Source: Planctomycetota bacterium
GTDB lineage: Bacteria; Planctomycetota; GCA-002687715; CAIWVZ01
Direction of reading: 5' to 3'
NCBI GenBank assembly: GCA_044222185.1
Contig: JBGANV010000007.1
Span: forward strand, 160,001 to 224,000
DNA length: 64,000 nt
The position numbers were made by a program, and so were the translations under genes. Shown here piece by piece: positions 19,633 to 28,366 of the stretch (positions are counted from its first letter, which is position 1; the number at the start of each line of letters is the position of its first letter). The notes under the pieces were generated by a model. The model made no database searches. It worked only from the letters and a program-made list of their open reading frames with translations, and was not told the origin of the DNA.

Positions 19633-20459
19633 TGGCGGACGCGCTCAGTCGGTTGCTGCTCCGAAGCGTTCCGCCGTTCGACCTGCGCGATCTCGGCTCC
19701 GCGTCGCGACTGCTCGTGCCGAACGGCGCGGCGTTCGGAACCCCGCAACTCTGGCGCGGCGATGTGGCCTGGGATTGGGTGCGTCAGAAGCCTGATCACT
19801 ACTGGCTGAAGGGTGATCGCGGCAGCGCGCACTCGGGCGTCGACTTCGGGTTCTTCATCCGGCGCGGGCACGTCTACCCGCTCCCCGTCGGCTTGCCGGT
19901 GCGCGCGCCCGTTCGCGCGATCGTCGAGAACACGGGTCGCGATGCGGATCCAGAACGCGGCCCCGGCGGCGTCGTCCTCGGACTCGGGGACGAAGACGCG
20001 CCGCGCTTCTACGTTCACCTGACCGATTTCTGCGCCACGGTGCCTCACGGTGCTCACGTGCGTCCTGGCCAGATCCTCGGCCACACCGTTCCCTACTCGC
20101 GGCGCTTCCCCGTCGTCGTGATGCACATGGGGGTCGGCATCCTCCAGCCCGACGAACCACCCAATCCCATCGACCCTTCACCGCTCCTCCGCCGCTGGCG
20201 CGTCCGTCATCCGGTGACGCCCGGATCCACGTGCGATGCCTCGACGTTGAACCGGACGAGGTCCGGCACCTGGATGGCGCCCGGGAAGATCGCCGACCTC
20301 ACCGCCTGCGCCACGTGGGATGTTGGTCAATCGGGAGCGCGTCACGTTCAGGGCCTGGGCGTGTACCGACGCGCCCGCCAGGCCGGGCACGTAGGGGATT
20401 GGAAAGGCGATCGTGCTCGATCCCGGGTTTGCCGATCCGCTCGCACCGAGCACGCCTAA
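19632..20459 (+). CDS. M23 peptidase-like protein (degenerate HxH) whose last 45 codons appear foreign
   Basis: TGATG coupling to desaturase; HSGVDF, PVRAP, YVHL, V.PGQ.LG, MHMG, NPIDP; frame supported by synonymous-only divergence of the duplicate at 24646-24834. Confidence 0.7.
   Translation: MADALSRLLLRSVPPFDLRDLGSASRLLVPNGAAFGTPQLWRGDVAWDWVRQKPDHYWLKGDRGSAHSGVDFGFFIRRGHVYPLPVGLPVRAPVRAIVENTGRDADPERGPGGVVLGLGDEDAPRFYVHLTDFCATVPHGAHVRPGQILGHTVPYSRRFPVVVMHMGVGILQPDEPPNPIDPSPLLRRWRVRHPVTPGSTCDASTLNRTRSGTWMAPGKIADLTACATWDVGQSGARHVQGLGVYRRARQAGHVGDWKGDRARSRVCRSARTEHA
20134..20322 (+). repeat. Direct repeat copy 1 (3' part of the M23-like gene)
   Basis: Aligns without gaps to 24646-24834 (176/189 identical); 20182-20321 identical to 29089-29228. 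Confidence 0.97.
20322..20456 (-). pseudogene. Orphan 3' fragment of an FG-GAP-type surface protein gene
   Basis: Minus strand reads GVLGASGSANPGSSTIAFPIPYVPGLAGASVHAQALNVTRSRLTN, homologous to the end of the gene at 29206-31755. Confidence 0.85.
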
Positions 20460-20505
20460 GGCACACCCGCCCTTGTGTATTCCGTATGCGGCTTGAGGTC
20501 TAGAA

Positions 20506-22617
20506 TCACGGCGGGGCCGCGGTCTCGTCAGCCGGTCCGCCCTGCCAGTCGGCGGCGATCTCCGACCAGTCGATATCCCGCTCGACTGGCTGTCCCTTGT
20601 CATCCCTGCCAACCCAGACTTCCCAGAAGTCCGGATCGTCGGAGCGCGGCTGTTGCGACTTGGGCAGGTCGTTCATCTTTACCAGAACCGGCAGTTCCGA
20701 TGCCCACCCGAGCAGAATGGCGCTCTGGGAGGGCAGCGAGGGTAGCTCGCGAAGAAGCCCGCGAAGATTGTCCGGGACAAGCCGGTGGACGAGTTCCTGA
20801 TCGCGGTCGTTGCTGATCCGGTGAAGCAAGAAGGTGTTGCATTGCGAAAGCACCGTAGGTGAAAGCTCGGACGGGCGCTGAGACGAAAGCACCAGTCCAA
20901 GCCCGAACTTTCGCCCTTCACGAGCGATGCGCTCAAAGACCTGGCAGCAGATGCCTGCGGCGTCCTGATTCTCGACATCCTCCTTGTAGCGCTTGATGAA
21001 CGTGTGTGCCTCCTCCATCACGAGCACCGTGGGCAGCGCAGCGCCATTCGATTTCAAGTAGCGCTGCAGGGCCTCGAATACGATGCGAGCGATGACAGCG
21101 GCGACGACATGGACAATTTCGGTCGGAACAAGTGAGAGGTCTATTATCGATATGCAATCGTGCTCGGCGCCATCCACTCCGATGTAGTTGTTGAGCCACT
21201 TATGGAGCGTGACGTCCCCCGTATCCGCGATTATCGCGCTCATCTTCGGGTCAGATAGAAAGGCTCGAATGCGAGCAACCAGGAAATCGAGGAACGGGCT
21301 GACGTTCTCTTGCTCTGCGAGAACCTCAAGGTGATCAGCGAGGTCGGTGCCGATGAACGCCAGTGGAACGTCGTCGTCGGGGCCTTGTTGGTACACAATC
21401 CCACCCAGCGTAGTCAGGACGGCGTCAATCGCCACGTCGATCCTCTGGATCTCGTCGTTCGTGAATGCCACGAAATAGACGAAGCTCAGTTGTTTCTGCT
21501 TGTCGAAACCATCCTTGCGCTTGGCGTTGAGCGCGCTTCGGATTGCGCCTGCGACGTGGTCGAGCGAGCAATTGGGGCACTCCGACTTCCACCGATCCAG
21601 GTCCGAGACCACAGCCTCTAACTGGAAGCCGAACTTTGTCGGCTCCGCCTTTACAGCGTTCGAACGCAAGTCTCGCCGGATCGAAATCAGTGTGGACGAT
21701 AGATATCGGCGAAGGGCGAGCTTCTTCTCCTGGTCTGTGGGATCGGCAGCTGCAGTCCTCCCGGCTTTGACCTCGCGCAACGCCCGCCGAAGTAGCGGTC
21801 GTTGCGTTCTCGCACTCGCCTGCGTGAAGGAGCACCACTCCGCGCTGTTCCAGAACCACAGCGGCACCTTCAGTGCCTGTTCACCCTCGGCGGGGCTCAC
21901 CTTGAATATCCGTGCTTTGATCGGGTCGTCGCTGCTAAAGGCGCGTGAGTATTCGCCGTTAGGGTCCAGCACGACGAACCGAGCGTTGGGTCGCCCTCCT
22001 GGCCGTGCCCTTGCTGCCTGTTCGAGGCTCCAGCGGATCAGCCCGGCCACGGAGCATGACTTTCCGCTGCCAGTGTTCCCCAAAACGGCGAGGTGGCGCC
22101 CGAACAATCGGTTGGGGTCGACGGTGACCTCCGCATCGCCGGCGAGCGGGCTCGTGCCGATTTTGACCCTGCGTCGGTCGCCCGACTCAACGATCGATCG
22201 GAGCTGATTCGCTGTAGGTAGGACCACCGCAGCGCCGACCGATGGCAATGCAACGGCGCCTCTCTTGAAGGCATAATTCCCCCCTGGAGCGAGCCGGAGA
22301 AGCGTACCGAGCGGGTTGATCCGCAGTCGGCGGAGCGGATACGGCAGATCGACTAATCCGAAATCCTGCACCCCTCGTCGCTTCGGGAATGGCGATCGTT
22401 CGACAGTGAGCCACTCGACCTGCCCCACCAGGAAGGCTTCGTCCACCGCGACTAGGAGGTAACCGTTGACCCTGGGGAACGGTCGCGGTCCACCGGCAAT
22501 TAGGGCAACGGAGTCAGGCGCCTCAATGTCGAGGGTGACCTTGATCTCGTCCGGGGAGACGAAATCCACGGCGCCGATGCGCAGGCTGCCCGCTTGCTCG
22601 AATGGGGACTCGCTCAC
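20506..22617 (-). CDS. herA: HerA-like ATPase (HAS-barrel-like N-terminus, DUF87 type), partner of the SIR2 protein
   Basis: Walker A GNTGSGKS, Walker B VMEEAH, REGRKFG, SSQRPSE, LSQCNT; GTGA overlap with SIR2 stop. Confidence 0.92.
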   Translation of the reverse strand: MSESPFEQAGSLRIGAVDFVSPDEIKVTLDIEAPDSVALIAGGPRPFPRVNGYLLVAVDEAFLVGQVEWLTVERSPFPKRRGVQDFGLVDLPYPLRRLRINPLGTLLRLAPGGNYAFKRGAVALPSVGAAVVLPTANQLRSIVESGDRRRVKIGTSPLAGDAEVTVDPNRLFGRHLAVLGNTGSGKSCSVAGLIRWSLEQAARARPGGRPNARFVVLDPNGEYSRAFSSDDPIKARIFKVSPAEGEQALKVPLWFWNSAEWCSFTQASARTQRPLLRRALREVKAGRTAAADPTDQEKKLALRRYLSSTLISIRRDLRSNAVKAEPTKFGFQLEAVVSDLDRWKSECPNCSLDHVAGAIRSALNAKRKDGFDKQKQLSFVYFVAFTNDEIQRIDVAIDAVLTTLGGIVYQQGPDDDVPLAFIGTDLADHLEVLAEQENVSPFLDFLVARIRAFLSDPKMSAIIADTGDVTLHKWLNNYIGVDGAEHDCISIIDLSLVPTEIVHVVAAVIARIVFEALQRYLKSNGAALPTVLVMEEAHTFIKRYKEDVENQDAAGICCQVFERIAREGRKFGLGLVLSSQRPSELSPTVLSQCNTFLLHRISNDRDQELVHRLVPDNLRGLLRELPSLPSQSAILLGWASELPVLVKMNDLPKSQQPRSDDPDFWEVWVGRDDKGQPVERDIDWSEIAADWQGGPADETAAPP

Positions 22618-24047
22618 GATGTCGTGCCCGCCTGATCCGCCGGGAGAGAATCGGCGTTGCCGGCATCATTCGGCGCGGTGCCCCAGCGCGCCTTGAGCAG
22701 CTCCGCCATGCGCACGGTCGTCCGGTCGATCGCAGGCTTCGGCAAGTACTGGTCGACGAGGGTGCATAGATCGCCGAGGTGGTCTCCAATCAAGAGCGTG
22801 ATTTGTGCTTGTCGGCCCAGGCGCTCGTACGTGCGCACGATGCGTCCAAGAGGATCGCCATGCGAAATGACGACCAGGTGCGTGGACGGGATCGTCAGCA
22901 TGTCCTCGATCACTCGGTTGATGTGCTCGTCGCCGAAGCTGTAGCCGTAGCAGACGGCTGTGCTGTTCGGTCGGCAGATCGAGGCCGCGAAGTCCCGGAA
23001 CAATTCAACGTAGGGGTAAGCGGTCGTTTCGCGGTCCTTGGCGGCGTTGGGATAGATCATCAGGTGCGTCGCATCGACGCCACTCAGACCCGGAGCAGCC
23101 AGATAGGGTGCTGCGTCCCTGGCGCCAAATGGCAGGCCAATCCGCCGGATCGCCCCATCACAGTCCAGCCAATCGACAGATCCGTGGAGCTTGGTGAATC
23201 GCGCGACGCCTTCGAGGTAGCGCGGCTCTCCACGGATGCCGGGGGGATTGTAGTGGAGGTCAACATCCAAGCGCGACGCACGGAATACCGGTGCCAACGT
23301 GCCGACGAAGCGGTCAATGAGGCGCAGCCCCGCCGCATCAGCGCCCGCCTCGATGAGGCGGTCGTAGTTGGTTGTGAAGAGCTGTAAGCGCTCGCGTGTA
23401 CCAGTACGGCTGGCGAAGCTCATCAGGAAGCTGACGACGTAGTTGAACGCTTTCTCGCGTCTGTCAACGTTTGCTGTCGCGATGTCGTGTTCACCTCGCA
23501 AGATGGAGCTGGCGAACGTTTGAAGGACCTTATTCAGGCTCTCTCGCAATGCATCAACCCGCTTGCGCTCCGATGGTCGATCCGGCGTCGACGCTGCAAG
23601 GATCTCGAGGCCGCGAAGCAGTTCGTTGGCCACTCGGATCTGATCCTCGAGGTTTCCGGCCCTGCGCCCACTCCTCTCAGCCGTGCGCTTTGCCTCTTGT
23701 TTGATCTCGTCGGTCAGAACCGCGAACGGGACGGTCTCCAATCCGGGCAACGCCGCATTCCTCGCTATTTGGTGAACGGCGTGCGTCAGTCCCGAACCGA
23801 CGAGTAAGGAGAGGTTCTCGGACTGGACCAGGGCCGTCAGCCATGGCTCGATCCGAGGGCGCAACTTCTCGGGGCCGAAGGCCTCTGCAGGCTTGGCCCA
23901 AGAACACGTCGCGTCGACGGTCAATCGAAACGTGGCGGTTCCTGGCGCCGCTGATTCACGATTCAGAAGGACAGGAGCGTGGTCGTCGCGCGCCTTAAGT
24001 ATTTGCCCACCGGCATCCAGGTGCTTCCTCTGAAGTTCGACGGTCAT
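22614..24047 (-). CDS. SIR2-like domain protein (putative NADase effector)
   Basis: LLVGSG, FTTNYD, KLHGSVDW, IYP...K, GYSFGDEHIN. Confidence 0.9.
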   Translation of the reverse strand: MTVELQRKHLDAGGQILKARDDHAPVLLNRESAAPGTATFRLTVDATCSWAKPAEAFGPEKLRPRIEPWLTALVQSENLSLLVGSGLTHAVHQIARNAALPGLETVPFAVLTDEIKQEAKRTAERSGRRAGNLEDQIRVANELLRGLEILAASTPDRPSERKRVDALRESLNKVLQTFASSILRGEHDIATANVDRREKAFNYVVSFLMSFASRTGTRERLQLFTTNYDRLIEAGADAAGLRLIDRFVGTLAPVFRASRLDVDLHYNPPGIRGEPRYLEGVARFTKLHGSVDWLDCDGAIRRIGLPFGARDAAPYLAAPGLSGVDATHLMIYPNAAKDRETTAYPYVELFRDFAASICRPNSTAVCYGYSFGDEHINRVIEDMLTIPSTHLVVISHGDPLGRIVRTYERLGRQAQITLLIGDHLGDLCTLVDQYLPKPAIDRTTVRMAELLKARWGTAPNDAGNADSLPADQAGTTS

Positions 24048-24155
24048 TGCTTCTCTCCGCCGATGACGCCCGTGGGCGAACCCGCAGTCTTCTTCGCGGT
24101 CGCGAGGAGGTTGGCGACCCGCTCGGCTTCGTTGGCATTCATTTCTTCGACCGCT

Positions 24156-24645
24156 GGGACAGACCGATCGCTCGTGGAATTCGGCGGCTCGGGTGGCTGC
24201 TGATCAGACTATGCGACCGCCTCCATTTTGTCGAGGTTCCGAACAGGTTCGACCAGTGCCGGCATGTACTCGTGGCAGATGACGCGACGGAGCCTCGCCC
24301 TGGCGTGGGGGCGGATCGCGGTGGCTCCCCTCATCGCCATCTTGGCACTCGACCACCGCATCACACTCCGGCACAGGTCGCGCGTCCCGGCGAAGATGCT
24401 CTCGATCGCGTGCGTGCTCAGGAGGACGTGGCGGAGTTCATCGGCAACCTGGAGCCGGTGATTCGCGACCGATAATTCGAGGCACTCCTTGAGGCTTCCA
24501 GGCGCGCCGGGGCTCATGTCGTTGAGCTTCGACGCGCGCTGCGCGAGCGCCTTCCCGGCGGCGCCGCACGGCTTCATGCCCGAGGCGGCACGGAGGGCCC
24601 GGCGGATCGTTCCCTGGTCGTTCTCGAGACGGCGCGAGCGTGCGT
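24156..24645 (-). mobile_element. Degenerate IS256-family remnant (3' part of transposase and probable terminal sequence)
   Basis: PGAPGSLKECLE...LRHVLLSTHAIES...VMRW...LRRV resembles the IS256 transposase C-terminus (PGAAASLREGLE...TTNPIES...VKRW); stop at 24209; end position is approximate. Confidence 0.75.
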
Positions 24646-24860
24646 TCGGCATTCTCCAACCCGACGAACCGCCCAATCCCATCGACCCGTCACCGCTCTT
24701 GCGTCGCTGGCGCGTGCGCCATCCGGTGACGCCCGGATCCACGTGCGATGCCTCGACGTTGAATCGGACGAGGTCCGGCACCTGGATGGCGCCCGGGAAG
24801 ATCGCTGACCTCACCGCATGTGCCACGTGGGATGCGCGGTGGGTCGACGTCTTCGACTGA
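24646..24860 (+). repeat. Direct repeat copy 2: synonymously diverged 3' end of the M23-like gene with probable native stop
   Basis: Same 62 residues as copy 1, then ARWVDVFD-TGA (24858-24860). Confidence 0.95.
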
Positions 24861-25074
24861 CGGTGGGCCCGCTCTCGCGCGGATCTCCTCGATTGACGCA
24901 GCGGCGGGGGGCGATGCGACGGGGACGGCTGGTGAGCAGGCGGCGAGCGGCGCGTGCACGGATGGGGCACCGACCCACCAGCGGGCGCGCCCTTCGACGC
25001 AACGCTCGCCGGAGCGTGCGGTCGCAACCCCCTTGACCGATCCGACGAGGCCCGCGCAGCACCGCACAGCAGAT

Positions 25075-25118
25075 CCTCGCTCGGCTACCTGCCCGGGAGG
25101 CTCGTGGCTGGAGCGAGG
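25075..25118. terminator. Imperfect hairpin between convergent gene ends
   Basis: CCTCGCTC pairs with GAGCGAGG, plus GGCTAC/GTGGCT with G-U pairs; no U-tract. Confidence 0.35.
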
Positions 25119-25165
25119 GCCGGCTCGGTCGCGGCGAGGCGTCGCGAGCGCGCCGGGGGTGCCGC

Positions 25166-28100
25166 TCAAAGCACGAGGAAGAGGACCTCTTGTGGCTGAA
25201 GTGTCGTGTTTTGAAGCGCCCCGTACGTGGTCGCGACGCCGTTCGAGATGGCGTTGCGGTACACCGTGACGGCCGTCCCTGGCGCGATCGTGACGCCACC
25301 AATCTGTGTCGGCAGCGTCACCGCGACCGATTGGTTGCTGTTCCAGGCATTTGCGACGAGGAGTCCCGTGGATGTCGAGAGCTTCCACGCCGAATGCCAC
25401 GCGACGGGGACCGTGACCAAGAATGGCGGCCCACCTACCTCCTTGTAGGTGGCACTTGTCACGCACGAGAACCCGTTAGTCGTCTGCATGACGCCGTCAT
25501 TCAGGAAGTTCCGCGCGGGTCCCTGTCCGGTCCGCACACAGTTGATGAGAAACGCCAGGGGTACGGGATCCGAGCGCTGCGGCGTCGGGAGCATCGCCAG
25601 GGTTGTGACGCCGAGCGCGCACGCTCCACCCTGGCCGCCCTGCGATGTCGGAGCGAGGTACTCCGCAGCGAGCATCCATTCGATGAGACCGTATGCCTCC
25701 CACGCCCCCGACGTGAGCGTCTTCGCCAACGCGACGAGCCAGCTCTGCACCTGGCGATCGCGCTCTGATTGGCCCATGCCGGGATATGTCGTCGGCACTC
25801 TGATGTCCCAGACCATGGAGCGCACGATTTCGGAGTACACGAACTGAAAGGCCGGCACGACCTCGCTCCCCGGAACTCCCGGCGCCGGCCACCCGCTGAC
25901 GGCGCTGGACCTGATCCCCTGGACGGCGACGGTTCCGATCGACAGCTCGCACGGGTCCTCGATGGCCATCTCGAAGTTCGGGTTGCCGGCCTTTCCTGCC
26001 GCCAGCGTCGAGTTGAACAGGTTCTTGAGCGCGTCGGCTTTCCAACGACCGTTGCCGATCGGATGCCCCGAGGTCGGATCGAAGTTGTCGTAGACCGTCC
26101 CGCCATTCATCTGATCGAACAGGTAGAGATCGACCGCCGATGCCTGGTTGTTGTCCGCTGCCATGCGGGCCGCCGCCTCCTGGTGACGCGCGACGGTGAA
26201 CGGCTTGGACGGGTCCATCAGGTAGTGGTTGGAGGTCCACGGGATGAGATCGAGGTCCTGATCCCGATGGAAGTAGTTCCCGAACCGGTCTACGCAGGCG
26301 ATGCCCTGCCACGGAGGCGGATCGCTGGTCACGCCTGCATACCCTGGAACCCAGAAGTCGTAGTTTCCTGGTGGGCAGCCCGGAGTGATTTCGGTTCGGG
26401 TCACGGCCCAGTTCAGACCGGCGATCATGGCTGCCGCGCGGTTGCCCGTTCCGTGGAGTCCGCTCCAGCACGACAGGATCGCCTGCTCGGAGTGGATCGC
26501 GGGGTAAGGACCGCCGGGCGAGCTCGGCGTGCCAATCACGTTCAGCGGCACGTAGTACGGGCCGATGTACGTCCCGTTCTTCTCGAACCCCCGGAACATC
26601 CCCATCATTTCGCCGTTCACCCCGCCCGGGGAGGCGAGTGCCTGTTGCCAGGCGGACAGTACCGTCGCCCACGATTCAATGGGCGCAATCTCGCCTCCGA
26701 AGCCCCGCGGCTGGAGGTCCGCCTCGAATATGGTCGGACGGGTCCGCGTCCAGGCGGCCGGCGTCCGGGCCGCCGCAGCGCTCCACCACGGCTGTTGCCG
26801 TGCCCACGATCGGTACGTCTCTGCGGCGGCCATCCAGCTCCCGACGCAGGGGTGAATGACCGTCTTGTACGCCGGAACGGCGACGTTCGCCTCGCTGGGA
26901 ACGTTCTGCGAGATGCTCAACCGCACGACCTGGTTCGCGGCGTCCCAGTTCGTCGCGACTGTTTTCGCCTCACCAAACGGGTCGTGGGCCGCGATTCCCA
27001 GCCCGCGAACGCCATCGTAGACCGCAGCGAACTGCATGGCTGCCAGGCCTGGGTATTCGACCGTGCCTTCCCAGTCCCCGTAGGGATGGCCCGCGTCGAT
27101 GTTCCTGGGGTTCACGACGTACCCCCCGCCCCGCGGGTTGAAGATGCGGAGTTCGCGCGCCGCGTCGGAGAGCGGCGCGTTGACCTGGAGATCCGGGCAA
27201 GTGATCCGTTCGAGGATCACGGCCGGCGATGGCGTCACCGACGGTTTGAAAGCGATCTCCGTGTTCGATGGCCCCGGAACCGTCGGTTCGGAGGAGATTT
27301 CCACCATCATCCCGAGCGTGGGCGGCAGTCCAGACTTGGCGGTTGCTCGGATTCCCTCCACGGTGCCCTCGACGAAAGGCGTCACGTCGAAGGCTGCGCC
27401 GTCGCTGGTCGAGGACGAAGGGTTTTGGTCGCTCACCGCGTTGCGGCGCGAGAGTGTGTAGAGGGGCGACCCACCGGCCTTGAGCAGGTTCTCGCCGACG
27501 GGGGTCCTGTTTCCATCGACGTTGCGAACTTCCATGAGCCGGCCGCGGGACGCATCGAACATCACGGAGAGCGCCGTGCTCTTGACCTCGTAGCAGATGG
27601 GCGTCTCGAGGGTGCCGAATTCGGCGTCCGTTCCCGTGAAGTCCACGTTGTCGACATAGAGCCGGACGCCGGGCGCGTTGGCGCATTCGACGAGCAGTCG
27701 CACCCTCTCGGCCTCCGGGCCGACGGTGTAGGACACGGTGAATTCCTGCCAGTTTTCCGCGCGTGGGACCTGAGTCGACGTCGAACCGCTGGCGATGCTC
27801 CAGGTGGGTTTGAACCCCGCCGCATGGAGAGTCACGACGGCGTTCGGCGATGCCGCCTGCGGCAGGTAGAGGATGCGGACCTTCGCCCGAAGGGTTTTGT
27901 TCATCATCGCCGCCGTCACCTTCCACTCCTTGGCCAAGTGGTAAAGCGTGTTTCCCGCGGCGACGTCGATGCGACACGACGTGCTTCCACAGTTGACGAG
28001 GCCTGCCGCCGGCTCCGGCTCGACCATGTCGGATGGCCAGTTCACCGTCCAGTTCTCGGGGACCATGCTCGACCCTTGCTGGTACCAGCGCTCGAAGTTC

Positions 28101-28171
28101 GAGTTGAGGAGATTCTGCGCATTGAGGCTGCCGAGGACGGCGAGGAGAACGACTGCGCATCGGCGTTTCAT
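25166..28171 (-). CDS. Secreted protein with N-terminal CBM-like jelly roll and DUF6259-like (putative glycoside hydrolase) region
   Basis: Signal peptide, SD GGAAGG; N.NFE.W...PENW and LYVDNV; YPG...MQF.A.YD...GL...AHDP.G..K; LFDQ; VPAFQFVY. Confidence 0.7.
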   Translation of the reverse strand: MKRRCAVVLLAVLGSLNAQNLLNSNFERWYQQGSSMVPENWTVNWPSDMVEPEPAAGLVNCGSTSCRIDVAAGNTLYHLAKEWKVTAAMMNKTLRAKVRILYLPQAASPNAVVTLHAAGFKPTWSIASGSTSTQVPRAENWQEFTVSYTVGPEAERVRLLVECANAPGVRLYVDNVDFTGTDAEFGTLETPICYEVKSTALSVMFDASRGRLMEVRNVDGNRTPVGENLLKAGGSPLYTLSRRNAVSDQNPSSSTSDGAAFDVTPFVEGTVEGIRATAKSGLPPTLGMMVEISSEPTVPGPSNTEIAFKPSVTPSPAVILERITCPDLQVNAPLSDAARELRIFNPRGGGYVVNPRNIDAGHPYGDWEGTVEYPGLAAMQFAAVYDGVRGLGIAAHDPFGEAKTVATNWDAANQVVRLSISQNVPSEANVAVPAYKTVIHPCVGSWMAAAETYRSWARQQPWWSAAAARTPAAWTRTRPTIFEADLQPRGFGGEIAPIESWATVLSAWQQALASPGGVNGEMMGMFRGFEKNGTYIGPYYVPLNVIGTPSSPGGPYPAIHSEQAILSCWSGLHGTGNRAAAMIAGLNWAVTRTEITPGCPPGNYDFWVPGYAGVTSDPPPWQGIACVDRFGNYFHRDQDLDLIPWTSNHYLMDPSKPFTVARHQEAAARMAADNNQASAVDLYLFDQMNGGTVYDNFDPTSGHPIGNGRWKADALKNLFNSTLAAGKAGNPNFEMAIEDPCELSIGTVAVQGIRSSAVSGWPAPGVPGSEVVPAFQFVYSEIVRSMVWDIRVPTTYPGMGQSERDRQVQSWLVALAKTLTSGAWEAYGLIEWMLAAEYLAPTSQGGQGGACALGVTTLAMLPTPQRSDPVPLAFLINCVRTGQGPARNFLNDGVMQTTNGFSCVTSATYKEVGGPPFLVTVPVAWHSAWKLSTSTGLLVANAWNSNQSVAVTLPTQIGGVTIAPGTAVTVYRNAISNGVATTYGALQNTTLQPQEVLFLVL

Positions 28172-28366
28172 GGTGGTCCTTCCCGTGGCTCTTGTGGCGG
28201 GTCGACCATGAAGAGTCCATTTCGACGCGCGATGTCACGCGCGCACTCGAAAATTCGAGCGCACGGGCACTCACGGTCGCTTCTCGCGGCGGCAAGAGGA
28301 GAGGCGGCCGACCGCGGGGCGTCGCCGGCGGCGGGGCTCGCACACCGCCCGCTCGCCAGCGAGCCG

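Noticed and set aside
24209-25027. 272-aa ORF as a real gene
   Set aside because: Chimera of intergenic DNA, antisense repeat copy 2 and the IS256 remnant
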